The position numbers were made by a program, and so were the translations under genes. Positions 1 to 13,449 of a stretch of 64,000 bases of DNA are shown here, piece after piece; the stretch's first letter is position 1; each line of letters opens with the position of its first letter. Location of the stretch: NCBI GenBank assembly GCA_050084985.1, contig JBITNC010000001.1, positions 113,336,001-113,400,000 on the forward strand, given 5' to 3'. The stretch is from Nageia nagi (Eukaryota; Plantae; Pinophyta). The notes under the pieces are model-generated. The model did not search any database and was not told the DNA's origin. It saw only the letters and a list, made by a program, of their open reading frames with translations.

Positions 1-2598
1 ATACCATCATTCAATAGGTGGTTGATAGTGATTTTTAGTTTTACCTTGCACAACTTGGCATTCATGATGTTGTTAATATTGTTCTTCTCAAACATTATCA
101 TGACTCCATATTAAATACAAAGGTTCAACCTAGTAATCATGTTGATGCAATTCTTGATTCTTAGTTTCCACTTTCTAAAGACTATTTTTTATACAAAGAA
201 ACACACCACATGTTACGGATCTACAACTTCATATCTTGTTTCTAAGTAATGTCAATTTCCTTATCAATCTTGTTAGATTCCATATCATCACATGGTTCAA
301 GATTTTCCTTCTCTTGTGAATGCATTGGGGACCAATGCTTCCTTTGTTGGGAGGAATGATGAGGAATAATAATCATAATAATATAAATAATAATAAGATA
401 CCTTTTTAAGATATCTAAGATTAGTGGGGATTAATAAATGCTTTAGACATATTTCTACTATTTGTAATAAATGCAATACCATTTGCTCTCCAATGGTTTT
501 ACCAATACCATGTTCATTATACCATGGTATTTTGATTTGTATTTGCTATTTAAAGGCTTCCTCTATTAGTGCAAATAATCTAAACTTTGATTTTATATCA
601 GTTAATGTGCATTTGAAATTCTTTAATCTTATACCTTCTTACAATGAATCCAACTCACCAAGTATTCTTAAGGTATCAAATAGAGATACTTGGGCAAGAG
701 TTATCTTTAGTTTTTTAATAATATTGTAAAGAGAAAGATGAGATATCTCACCCTATTTATAAGAGGATATTATATAAATTATTGGGTAGCCTTATACCTT
801 TATTTCTTTATTCTAAATGGATATGATCTGATCTCAACTTATTTATTCTTTTATAGTTTTTTTAGCTTCAAGGGAGGAGGAATTTTTGGATCAAGAGGAG
901 CTTACTTACCTAGTTCTTGAGATGTTTTATTTGGAGTAGTTGGGTCTTTCCCAATAGGAGCTAGTTGCTAAAAAAAATATAATCCTATGATATGATATAG
1001 GGATATATCAAGTTGTTTATGAGATGATGATGCTACAACAAATTTTGGTGCTCTTTTCTATGCATAGGTTTTCATCTCCTCGACATAACCTAGGAAAAAC
1101 AAGTTTATCATTAGTATATTAGCCATAGGATCAATTATGTGTTTTGATATTTGATTAACATGTATACCCAAATATTGGTACTAATAAATTGAGCAAGTAT
1201 CCAACATATGAGAATCATTACATGCTACACATTAAACAAGGATACTTTATAGTTCAACTTCAATAGTTATGGAGGTGGTGACCCTTACTATTGATTGAGG
1301 AATACTAGATTTGGAAGGATTTAATGAAGAGTCTTGATCAACATGAAATAAAGATTAGGTTATCTTATTAGATATTGATACTTAGGTATTTTATGATAAC
1401 TTTGGATTTGTCTTTTAGATGGGGTGAGCTTGTTGGTCAAGTTCCTTATAGTCATTTCCAATTATTTATTCCTCTTAGTATCCTAAGGATTTGTGTTAAC
1501 ATTGGTAATAAGTGATGCAGGTAGCGTTAGAACTTGAGATTGAGTGGGAAATCTGGATGGAGGAGATCATAATGTAATTTGAATAGGCATAGGATTAGGA
1601 TTATATAGGTTACTAGGAGGTAAAAATTGGTAAAATAGCATTATAGTCCTAGGTTATAGCTTACCACTAGCTTTATGATTATCTTCTACCCTTATAGCCT
1701 CCACATATGATCTAAGGAAATCATTAGTTCTAGAGAAAATAATTTGCATATTAATATCTAGGTGAAAAGATTTTCTAAAATACATCAAAGCTTGTTTTGG
1801 GCTAGGCTTGACTTGGGTAAGAGTCCTTTTCTAGGTCTTCTCAAGCCTTATATTAAAATCATCTACTGATTCTTAGGGATGGCATTTTATAGTGATCAAT
1901 TGATTGCAAAGAGAGAACTCATCACCTTCTTAAGAAAAATTATATAGGAATGCCCAAGATAATTAAGCCCATGTAGTGATAAAAGAAAAAGGTAAATTTC
2001 TAAACCATTCAATTACTTTTGCTTCAAAAGAGAAGAATAAGAACCTCATCATGATTGAATACTTAGTGATACTAAAACTTGTACCAAGAAATGGTAATTC
2101 TTGATATTATTCATGAGCAATTTTATCAATTCTATCATATTTAGGTAGGACCTTCATATATTGTGATGGAATGTCTAGGGTGTTGGTAGGTATTACAACT
2201 AGTGGACTAGCATTACTATAATCTAGGTAATCAACTAGTGCAACCATATTGTGAGTATGGAATGCACTTGGTAGAGTATAAAGAGAAATAACTTGAAGTG
2301 AAGAATATATTAGAGATAAAGGGTTATATCTCTTCCTAGATCTTCTTATTGGGATTGGAAGTTCAAGAAATTTATCCTGCACTTTGCTATTTCTAGCATT
2401 ACTTGTAAGTCTGCATGATGGAGGTGCCATGGTTTGGTATTTAATAGGTTATAAGAACTAATCTAACTAGTTTTGACAACAAAGTCATCAGTAAGATCTA
2501 AACTAGACCTTATGAAAGTTATTCTAGTGAAAAAATAACCTACTAGACTAGGTTATTTAAGCTAAATGACACTCAAAAGTGGTGGTAAAAGTATTCAA

Positions 2599-2616
2599 GT
2601 TCCATGGGGTATGCCA
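2599..2616 (-). promoter_or_regulatory. Primer binding site, tRNA-Arg-like
   Basis: TGGCATACCCCATGGAAC, a decayed match to the TGGCACGCCCGGTGGGAC type, 17 nt inside the LTR end. Confidence 0.65.
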
Positions 2617-2633
2617 AAAGAAAAACTAACTAC

Positions 2634-3570
2634 TGTTGATTCTGAAAGTGCAACCTTATGATTTAGCCTAGTTAAAGTTATACAATCAAAATAACAATAG
2701 GGTTCTTAAATGAGTAGAGAGGTGGAACACATGTGCTCATGAAATTTTTTCCACTCATTCTCTAGAGAAGGTTAACTCCTTTATGATTAAAGGTTAAAAG
2801 AAATAATAAATCAAATAAATTAATAATTGAAAGCAAACAAATAACATGAAGGTAAATAAATTAAGAAAATAACTAAAAATAAATAGAGCCTAAGCACCAT
2901 TGGTAGGGGATGTATTCCATAAATGAATCCCAAGATATAGAAAACTAACCCAGAATCAGGGTCTCACTATCACATCACAAAACCTCAACATTCAACATAT
3001 GCAATATTCATAATAAAAGAAACATATTAACAACCTCAACTCTAGGAAGGGAAACACAACATATCTTATACTATTAAATATGAAGCATACATATATCTCC
3101 CAAAGGGAAACAATACTAAAAAGTATAATATTTTTTCATTCTAAGTCCTACTATATATACTTTAATCTTGCACCAATAATGTTATCTACTAACAATATCA
3201 AAATAACTCCTAAAAGAGATCTAAAAACTATTACATAATTCCCATGGGTTCTTGCTATGAATGTAAATTGCATTCTTAGGTGCTATTAATTTTAACTAGC
3301 ATATTAAATGATTAGTTCCCTTGAACTTGACTATACTGGATTAATTTTTTATCTTTTTCATGTGTTATATTTTGGTCAAAACACCATACCCTACAAATTG
3401 GATGTTTTCATTATTTCAACTAGAACTTTAAATGCTTGATGCTTCATTTACATCCTAAGTTCAACTAATCTACCTTGATTATAAAATCTAAGTGCATTTA
3501 GATTAAGTCATCATGCCCTACATTTAAGATCACTTTTACTAAGGGAATAATGTGTTATTTATCTCTAACA
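2634..3570 (-). repeat. 5' LTR of Tat-like element A
   Basis: Inner end TCAACA at 2634 is firm (PBS adjacent). Outer end TGTTAGAG at 3570 is inferred from the TG start and weak similarity to the start of the element B LTR; no second LTR in the window to confirm. Confidence 0.6.
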
Positions 3571-5480
3571 CTCGTTGCAATTTGGTGTCTACATCGAACT
3601 CACTAGTTGATATAATTTTGGGAAGTACATTGTTACAATGCTGGGAGGTATGGTCTCCATGATCCATCATTAATACTCTCAACAAAATTGATTATGCCAT
3701 GTGTAGGATGATGTGTTGTTGTTGAGTTTTTAACATCAGCCTTAGGGATCCCACATCCTAGATTGGATGGACTTGAATGTTTGTTGTACATGGAAATATC
3801 TTGATTTAGCTCTCAGGGTGGAGAATAGGCTTGATAGAATCCCTTTGTATTTTTTAGCACCTAGGATGATGTTAGAATTACTTTATATGTTTGTCATTGC
3901 TAGTGCCTTTTATTTTTTGGAGCTTGAGATGATGTAACTATTCAAAAACTATAGGTCTTGGAATAAATTTGAAACTTTTTTGCTTCCAATCAGCCTCACT
4001 AGCACTCGATGTATACTAGAGCCTGGTATGGAATTATAGTTCAAAATGTATGGGTCCCAATATAAAGTTAAAACATCATTGATTCTAGTTGATCTTGCTA
4101 GCACCTAGTATTTGCTAGAGCTTAACATGATGCCACTATTCAAAAAGTGTGGGTCCTAATATAAAGTTAAAAGTTTGCTGCTTCTAGTCAATATCACTAG
4201 CACCTAGTGTTTTCTAGATCCAAGGATGATGTCATTATTTAAAAAAGTAAGGCTTGACATAACATTGAAACTTTTTTGCTTCCAGTTAGCCTCACTAGCA
4301 CTTGATATTTGCTAGAGCTATAGATAATATCATCCATCCAAAAACTCTGGGTCCCAATAAAACTCATGTAAAACTTGACTAAGTGAAAAGATATTTCTCT
4401 TAACACTTAGTCGAGTATAACAGTGAAGACTACTAATTGAAAATGAAGTCTTGTAAAAAATGAAAAATGTGAAAAAAGGAGTAATAGATATAATAAAAAG
4501 GAAATAAGAAAAGGGAAATAAAAAAGAAAAGGGGACAGGTGTATTACCTTGCCAAAATCTTGCATTCACAACAAAAGGCTTCATGCATATGAAGATATTT
4601 TGATGATGTATTATTAATAAATGTAAATGCAAACAAGTGGTACATAAGAGATTGAATATAATATGTCTATGAGATTATATTAGAGTATTCCCACATATCA
4701 TGTAATGCTAAATAATATGCCTTGGGTGTTTTTTTGTTTCGATCCAACAAAGAAGAGTGATAATATCAAATGCAAGGATGATAATATTTTTCTAATTCAG
4801 GTTTAAATAACCATGATTCTATTTTTTGTAGATGCAAAGTTAAGTGCATAATGATGAATTTATTTCCAATTTCCAATATGCAATATGAATATGAAAAGCG
4901 ATATAATAGAAAGTATGTAAGGTAGGTTAGATAGGTTACACTATCCATCATCATGCAAACCTTATGCAGTTATGATATGCCATGGTCCTCATAATTCAGG
5001 GGTGTGAATGCTTCATCACCTTGAAAACATAATAAAAAGGTATGGATATTACTAATATCATGCAATATAATATCAAGTAAACATATTTCATAAATTAAAA
5101 TGATACATAAGCATAATCCAGCTATAAACTAATTCACAACTTAGTTTCACATCAATCATCAAATCATAAAATAACACCACATATCGAGGTTGTGGTCTAA
5201 TGGGTCAAGGAAACTACTTTTTGGAGTACAAAGATTACCAACCTTGAACAATGTCAAACCATTCTCCAAATGATAGTGTTCTTCAAAGGAAAATTGAAAG
5301 AGATGAAGTTTCAAATTAAGCATTTCCATCAATCTTGATGCCTCAATAGTAAATTTCAAATTATCCTCATGGTGTTATTAAGTAAGATGATTACCAAAAC
5401 TTATCATAATGTATTACCCTATTTTAATCTAAATGAGATATTATCACAATAATCCCATGATGACTATTCTAATAAAATAG
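3571..5480 (-). pseudogene. Decayed spliced gene of unknown function with 33-aa tandem repeats, probably a TE accessory gene
   Basis: Coding-like blocks separated by AT-rich gaps, minus-strand AG|GT donors near 4545 and 4960, frame-preserving 99-bp repeat, truncated by the LTR at 3570. Confidence 0.4.
3880..4365. repeat. Tandem repeat, about 5 copies of 99 bp
   Basis: Anchor CTAGCAC/CTAGTGC at 3900, 3999, 4098, 4197, 4295 (spacings 99, 99, 99, 98). Confidence 0.9.
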
Positions 5481-8400
5481 ATCTCTAACTATGCATTTGA
5501 TAGATTTGTTATAGTCTATTATATTGAACATAGCAATGATACTAATAATAGTAGCTTTTAGATACCAAACTTATAAAGTTTTTCTTTAATCAAAATAAGA
5601 GTTGATATTTTGGGTTGTTATAATAATAAATAAGGTAAAATTTTTAGGGGTTGTGATAATATTTATAGAAAATACCATAGCATTGTAGTTAGGCCCCAAA
5701 AAAATTATGATGATTTATATAAGAAAAAAAAATGACACTAATTTATTAAATGTTGTAATTATTTCCAAAGGTTGAAAATTTATTTGGTGATTAAGGTTAT
5801 GCATGGCTAATTAATTAGCTACTTCTTTCAAGATTTCATCCTAATATTGTTAACATTTGGTAAAGGAAGAAATCAATATTAAGAAAATAGTTATGATTAA
5901 ATGTTTAGGGTTCATTTTAAGAGCCCTTCCACAAAACTCATGTAGATGATTAAAGGTGAATCAAATTCATAGTCAAGGTGATTTTAAACAAAATTTAAAA
6001 AATTCATAATGATGAATTTGAATAGAAAAAAATTAATAAATTGGTAATTAGATGGTCTCTATTTGCACAGTAATGAATTGCTATTTCACAACTATAGGAT
6101 ACCATTGCACAATGGCAATAGTTAAATAATATTCATGTATAATATTAAATATATATAGTTAAAAAATCTTAAATTTACTATTTTTTTTAATATTCATGTA
6201 TAATATTAATATTCAATATATTTTTTATTTAAAAATATTTATGTATAATTTAAAATTTATATATTTAATATACAAGAGAATTAAATTATATTATTCATGT
6301 ATTTTCAATAACATAAAAAAATTCAAAAAAAAATTTAACCCTTGCAGTGGTAGCTCATTGCCATCGGATGGTGGCTTCCATTGCATAATGTGATAATTGG
6401 CTCAACAGATGCTACCATCGCATGATAGTTTGTTGCCACCGCATGGAAACTACTTCATACATATTGTTTCCACTACCCAACGATAGATTGCCACCGCACG
6501 ATGGTAGCCTATCATCGAGAAGTGGCAACCTTTTGCCATTTAATTATTTTATTTAAAAATTAAAAAAATATAACTAGTAAAAATATTTAATTTTTTAATT
6601 TAACCATTTAATTATTAATAAAATAAAATTAGGGTTATTAATATTTTTGATAATATTGAAGGATGGATTTTTACTGGAATCCTAACTAAATACAACTTTC
6701 CAAAATTAAGCACTTAAGAGAGAGACTTGATTGGGATTGTCCATAAAACAATAACTCCTATGGGTAGAAAAGCTAATGCATCATATCAAAATCCTCCCAT
6801 ACAAACTTTAAAACTACTAAAAATATAAAGCATACATCAAAATAGTCTCTACAAAGTACTTGAGACAGACACAAAACCAATATAGAACATAAACCAAAAT
6901 GGAGAGACCCATCCACCATTAACCCTCCTTCTTAACTTCCACTTCCATTTCATGTAGAATTTTCTCAAGAGCCTTAACCATAATCAGAGTGGCTCTAATC
7001 ATTCCCATAATGGTTTTACCCTCACACGAGTTGCCCTTGACCTCTACTAGGACCTTTGGAACAAACTCATCCCCTTCTACATTTTCAACTTTCTAAGTTG
7101 GGATATTGGGGAGGACCTCCAGTGATACACATTTCTATTCCATGGAAAATGTCTCTCAAGATCCTTCCATTTGACCTTCCATACCAAGAGGTTGGATTTC
7201 TTGGCCTTCTCTCTTCTCATTCGATCATTCTACCGATTTTTTCATAACCTTCAACTCATTAGGGTCAACCTCAGCATATGAATCCTCCACATAAATTACT
7301 CCTTTATTTTCTTTCTATGTCTAACACCTTTTCATCTCATCCCTAGTTAGTTTCCAATCCACATCCTTGAATTTAATTTGGTGTTTCTTCTCCAAACCAT
7401 CTCCAACTTTGCTTTTTATGATTCCCATCGAAGAACCCCCTTTTGGAACCACCTAATTGAACATGTTTGAGACCCACATCTAGACCACAATGTGTTTAAA
7501 CACCATCAAAATCAAACCTTAATGGCTAAGGTCACTCCCTTTACTTTTTTGAAAATCGTATGCTACCTTATCAAGCTTCACAAATAGCAATGTAGGAATG
7601 TTCATTTTAATTCCCTTTAAATGATTTAGGAACCCAAAATGTAAACTAAAAACCTAGACATATGTATTATCAAGTTTAATAAATTGGATGATCATAAGAG
7701 AAAGCTCTAGACATGGTTCTATAAGTGACACATGAGCCGCCATACCATGCTTCTCATGAGGGAGCTCTAGACCCCCTCTACAAAACTTGACCAACTCCAT
7801 TTTTAGGCTATGGCTATCTCGATGGATCATCTCACCCAAAATTATCAACCCCATAACCTTCAATAATAGTTTTTAATTCACCTTCTACTCAATTATCTTG
7901 CTATGATATCCAAACTTTGAGGATAGAAAGCCTTCCATGAACCCTCTGATAACCTCCACATGTCACTTCTCTAAATCCCATTATTCATGAAATCAGGATG
8001 ACAGTGGGCCTCAAGTCACTATGAATGCTGAAGTCAATGAACATCCCATACCACATCATGTGGAAAGTTAACCTCCCATCTATCTAATGCCTCAGAATTA
8101 AGTGATGTGAAGCTTTCCAAGATCGAATCTACTAGCCCCCATGATGACAAAAGGTGGACTCTCACCCAAGTACCACCTAGACTAAAATCCTTCCTGCTGG
8201 CCATTCTAATGAAACCCTTCATACTCCTAAAAACCACTACCCAAAAGCAAAAAATTCATAAGATAAGTAAATCCACCTTTGTAGCTACTGATAGTGATTC
8301 AAATATCCTAAAGAAAAATACCATCCAATTGTGTTAGTCAATATCCATAAAAAATTCAAGCAAGACTTTTCAAAAATTCATGGCTTCCATACATTCTTAC

Positions 8401-9002
8401 CTAAGGATACATAACCAATCAAAACTTTCAAATTTTAAAACCAACGATCATAACCTAGGTTACACCATGTCCAGACCTTCCTACCCATCCTCACTTTCCA
8501 AATCCATGAAACATTTGAGGAAATTTATTTTCCAAACCACCAATTTTGCCATTCTCACTGCCTCATCCATAATTTGATCAATGGATATGAATCCAATGAG
8601 CTTTCTTTCTAATGTGCTGAATAATTAGATCAATCCTTCTTTCTAATCCCTAATTAAAATGAATCAAGACCTCAGTAGGAGATTCCCAAACTATCTTGAG
8701 CTTGAAAATAGATAGGTTCTCCTTGATGAAATGGGTGATATTAAGAGCAAGGCAATGAGATGGAAGACTAAATCCTGAAATAACCTACAATTTCTTTTTT
8801 TCCAAACTTCCCAAAAACTATAGGGAAGACTAAGATCCCATAGATAGCTTAATCTATTACTGAATATTAGATTCTCCCATTTCCGTAGCAGGTCCTTGAC
8901 TATCCTAGGAATCACCCACTTCATATGAAATTACTATAAGACAAAGTGTAATACTTCAACATGATAGTCATAATGAATAAGGAAATGATTAATTGATTCC
9001 TC

Positions 9003-10136
9003 CACTACTATATTTTAGCGATTTTGCATCATACCATGCATCATAAAATTGCATTTTGACATTGTGATGCAAGATGCATCACTATTTGGTATGTCTACAT
9101 CAATATAGATAAAATCAATTTTTTGATGCATTAATTGATGCATTGGTTAATGTATTATTTGATGTATCAATTGACGTATTTGAGTGTGTCAAATAATGCA
9201 TCAAGTGATACATGGAATAGAAGAAAAAGGAGCAGATCATGCACATAGATCATGGCATGATATGTTATTGATCATTAATGCATTCCTTTGATCAACGATG
9301 GATTTTTAATTTTGGGTATGATGCCATTGATGAGTAAATGAAGGAGCTTTCCCTTTATAAGGGCATTTTTAGTGATACATGTATGCATTTTTAATGATAC
9401 AAGTCTACAAGAGCTAAAGACAAGTTGAAGAACATAGATAGTAGTGTGTATCTACATTTTGTGGTAAGAAAAATGTGCTTTGCATGCTTCAACCATCCAT
9501 GAATTTTGGTAGAGGACCTTAAAGTTTGGTGGATGCCCATGAAGTTTTTTACTGTATGCTGAAATGACACATATTCTCATGGAATATGATAATTTTAGGT
9601 TACCAAAGATACAAATTTCCTCAACAAGCATTGTAATTGTTTCACCAAATGCAATAAACACCAACAGTAGTCCAACCAAATGAATTCACCTTTCCCAACA
9701 TCCTCAAAGAATGTAACAAATTGAGAGATTTGCAAAAGGGTTTATATATACATTAAAGACTCTTTAAAATAAAATTTTTTATCGAATGTTATGGTTGTGA
9801 GTATCCTATTAGATGTATATACAAAATATGGAAGCGTAGAGAAGACATAAATCATTTGACAAGATGCATGATGCAAATCCTTATTCCTATAATTTTGATG
9901 CATTCCTATAATTTTTATGGTATACATGATGCCTTATACATCATGTATAATATTAATTATTTGATGTTTAGAATTTGATATATGATGCAATGCATGATGT
10001 TATAATTGATGCAATAAATGATGCTTTGTTTAACAATACCCTTAGTGTCAATTGATACATCATGATTTATGCAATTTTAAAAAAATACTATGGCTTGATG
10101 CATGGTGTGATGCAAAATTGCTTAAATGTAGTAGTG
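9003..10136. mobile_element. Non-autonomous CACTA (En/Spm) element, Pack-CACTA
   Basis: Ends CACTACTATATTTTAGCGATTTTGCATCATACCATGCATCA and TGATGCATGGTGTGATGCAAAATTGCTTAAATGTAGTAGTG; perfect 3-bp TSD CTC; many TGATGCA subterminal motifs; splits the LINE zf-RVT motif. Confidence 0.95.
9523..9880 (+). pseudogene. Captured PLS-class pentatricopeptide repeat (PPR) gene fragment
   Basis: SLVDAHEVFYCMLK*HIFSWNMIILGYQRYKFPQQAL*LFHQMQ*TPTVVQPNEFTFPNILKECNKLRDLQKGLYIH*RLFK, then after frameshifts LSNVMVVSILLDVYTKYGSVEKT and FDKMHDAN. Confidence 0.9.
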
Positions 10137-13100
10137 CTCTTTACATTAGCATAAAATACATCTATTATCCATACTAAAGCACCTCCTTCTTAGGTTATCC
10201 ATAGTGAGGATTTTATTATGAGTTACCACTTAGATAAAAAAGCCAATTTTAGGGGTGAGATGCTTGACCTGCACCTTTAGGTCCATATCCTAATTAAGAA
10301 ATCCTGGTACAAGAACTTGTAGGCCAACTTAACTGAGAAGGAACCTTGTTTCTCCCCCCCCTCCAAATAAAGGAGTCCTCCTTTGATGTAGACATAGCAT
10401 AGAATTTAAGCATCTTATTCAATGTAGCCAAAGCATTTTCTAAGAGTATGAAAGATGATCTAAGGTCAACAATTTCCATGACTATCTCTCCCCCATAGAG
10501 ATGTAATCGTAAACCTTTCCTTTGTATTTGAGAATAAAGTTTCTCATCAAAATAGATAATTCCTCATGCTCTCGAAGAGGGGATTTTAGTAAATATCTAC
10601 CCTTGTAAAAGTGAACCTTAATCCCATCACCAATAATCCAACATCTATGATTTTTTAGGGAAACCTTAGCACACTAAATACCATTCTAAAAATATGGAGT
10701 CTATCCTTGCATTAACCTCTTCCAAAAATGTAGAATTTGAAAGATTTTCTCTTTGACAATTTCCACCTAAGGAAAATATATCCTAATGGCCACCTTCCAT
10801 GCTATCTTTCCCATTCGAGCAAGAGTCATCTTTTAAAGGTTTTGACACCCAAAATTCCCTTTTTGAAAGGCAAGCAAACTTTCCTCTAGGCCACCAATGC
10901 CATCCTCTTTTTCTCCTTTGTACCTATCCAAATAAAGGCCCTTTGAATTTGGATTAGCTTGTCTAGCACCTTCCTTGGGATATTAAATATCAACATATAA
11001 TAAATCGATAAACTTTGTAAAACCAACTTAATCAACTAAAGTTTACTTGTGTGACTCAGAAGTGCATCCTTATATCCTACTAACATCTTCAAAAAATGTT
11101 CAATAACCAAATCCCACAAAGCCTTCTTCATCCCACCTTTAAAAAGGGGCATACCCAAATAGGTAGTTGGCGATTCTCCAATAGCACAATGAAAAATATT
11201 TTTCACTCTCTGTTGAATAATCCTTCTTGTGTTGAAGAAAAATAACTTACTTTTCACAAAATTTATCTTTTGATCTACAACACCTTTGTAAAGGTCTAAG
11301 ATATGCTTGACACAAAGGGCTTGGGGGATAGAAGATCTAGAATAGATCAAGGTATCATCCATAAACTATTGGTAATTTACAAGTGGGAGATCCCTTGTAG
11401 GTTTAATACCTTTAATCATTCCCTTCTAAGTAAACACTTGAATACTTCTCCCTAAAGCTTTTGCTAAAATGATTAAAAGGAAGGGGGATAAAGGATCACC
11501 CTGGAGAAGACCTTTTTCTACTAGGGAAATAGCCTACTGTAGCCCCATTGACAAGCATATAAAAGGTTATGGTTGAGATACATTCACAGACTAGAGTCAA
11601 CTAGTCATCCCAACATCCAAACTTATGCAACACCATTAATAGGAATTTCCAATCAACTCTATCATAAACTTTACTAACATCCAATTTAAGAAACATACCA
11701 TCCCTTCCAGATTTAAAGGTCAAATGAATAACCTCATGGATCGTAATGATCCCATCTAAAATGTGCCTCCCAAGAATAAAACCCCCTTGGTCAATATTAA
11801 TGATTATAGGGAGAATGCTTTTCAACCTATTTTCCATCACTTTCAAAATAATTTTGTAAAGGAAATTACATAAGCTAATAGGGTGAAACTTACCAAAAGA
11901 ATTAGCATCAATATCTTTAGGAATAAGAGAAATAAAGGTAAAATTCACATCTTTTGGCATAATTTTAGAGGCTTGAAATTCTTAGACTGCCATCACAATA
12001 TTATTACATAATATTTCCCAAAAGGTTTGGAAGAAACTTCTAAGAAATCCATTTGGGCTAGGAGCCTTAGAGTCCCCCATCTCAAAAATAGCTACTTGAA
12101 TCTCCTTCTCTTCAAACTTAGCACTTAAAAGGTTATTGAGTCTTTTATTCATAAATCTTGGAATGTTATTAAGAAGATTATCAATTTCTCTCTACTGAGA
12201 TATCAAATTTTGGCCTAGGATATCGAGGAAGAAAGATACCTCCTCCTCCTTCATTCTGGTTGGGTCCTTGGTAAAAGAGCCATCCAAACATTGAATCTCC
12301 CTAATACTGCTTTAACTATGACACCTTATGGTGGAAAAATGAAAACATTTTATATTCCTATCCCCTTATTTGAGACAAGTAAACTTGGACTTTTATTTCC
12401 ACATTATATTCTCTTGTTCTAGAGTACTATTCCATTTATCTAAAGCATCCCTTTCTAAGCCTTGAAGTTTCTCTGAGAAACCTTGTAATTGGATTGTTCT
12501 TCAAGGAATATCAATTGCACTTGAAGATAATCTTTTCTTTTAGAAATTAAACCAAATATTTCTCTATTCCAAATGTTAAGATTCTTCTTAATGAATCTTA
12601 ATTTTTTGGCTATCTAAGACAAAAGAGAGCCAGAAAAGCTTTGTTGCCACCAAACTCTAATATTTTCTTCCAAGCTCTCATGGGTAAGCCATATATTTTC
12701 AAAATGAAAAAGGAGCATTACACTATCTTCTTTACTCATGAGTTTCCCAAAGCAAGGGATTATGGTATGAGTTGGTCTTTGGGTAAACCATATGATTGGA
12801 GTCCTTAAATCTAGCAATGGAGTCTTGAGATATGAGAACTCTATCAATTTTTTCCTAGATATGTGAAGATCCACATCTACCATTGGTACAAGTGTACTTA
12901 ATTCTCCTCATCTCCAAATCCATAAGATTCTTACCATGAATAAATCCATAAAAATCTTGCATACTGTTTGTGAATCTGTTAACCCCTCCTTGCTTCTCAG
13001 AAGGGTACAAGGAGGCATTGAAATATCCATCCATAATCCAACTCAAAACCCTAAAAGCTTCCCACATATGATTTAAACAAGACCATAAAATTTTCTTACC

Positions 13101-13449
13101 AATGCAAGTAGTGGGTGCATACACATTTGTAACAATAAATGTCTCCTTAGTATTCAAAGAAGTGAAAAGAATAGAGCAAAAACTTGAAATAGAAATGATG
13201 ACTTTACCTTCCAATTTATTTCAATCCTACAAACATAAAATACTCCATACTTACCAACCATATGAATAACAACAAAATCTATCTCCCTCCATAAAATAAT
13301 TTTAATAGCTAGTTGCTTCCCTTCAATAATTTTTATTTCTTGAAGAAGAATCACCTCCAATCTCAAATCCTTCTTTAAAGCCAGTAAACTTTTGTGTCTT
13401 TTGGGAGCACAATTTCCCCTTACATTCCAAGAGAGGATTCTCATAACTT

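Larger units (their letters stand above)
1..3570 (-). mobile_element. Ty3/Gypsy Tat-like LTR retrotransposon, 5' part (5' LTR, PBS, decayed gag and gag-PR linker); continues beyond window start
   Basis: Minus-strand gag peptide (ORF 2107-2430, SPLVVIPTN...LPKYDRIDK..HE) matches the gag start of the element at 25162-38650 (HPIVVPTN...PKYDGYGK..EH). Linker peptide KLKITLAQVSLFDTLRI near 670-720. LTR 3' end TAAGGTTGCACTTTCAGAATCAACA resembles TAAGGTTGCATTATACTAATCAACA of that element. PBS-like motif follows. Confidence 0.78.
8690..13444 (-). pseudogene. LINE ORF2 remnant: APE endonuclease, reverse transcriptase, zf-RVT
   Basis: MRILSWNVRG, ILLQE, NVYAPT (EN); NFTFISLIPK, PISLCNFLYKII, LKLDVSKVYDRVDW, QGDPLSPFL, MDDTL, YLGMPL (RT); EESINHFLIH and WEVWKKRN (zf-RVT/C-terminus); many stops and frameshifts. 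Confidence 0.92.

Noticed and set aside
3880-4365. CRISPR-like array
   Set aside because: Whole 99-bp units are homologous with no unique spacers, there are no cas genes, and the context is eukaryotic TE DNA
6629-6642. TTAGGG telomere-like motifs (also 5905 and 15120)
   Set aside because: Single units that belong to the LINE TSD or hAT TIR; no tandem telomeric array
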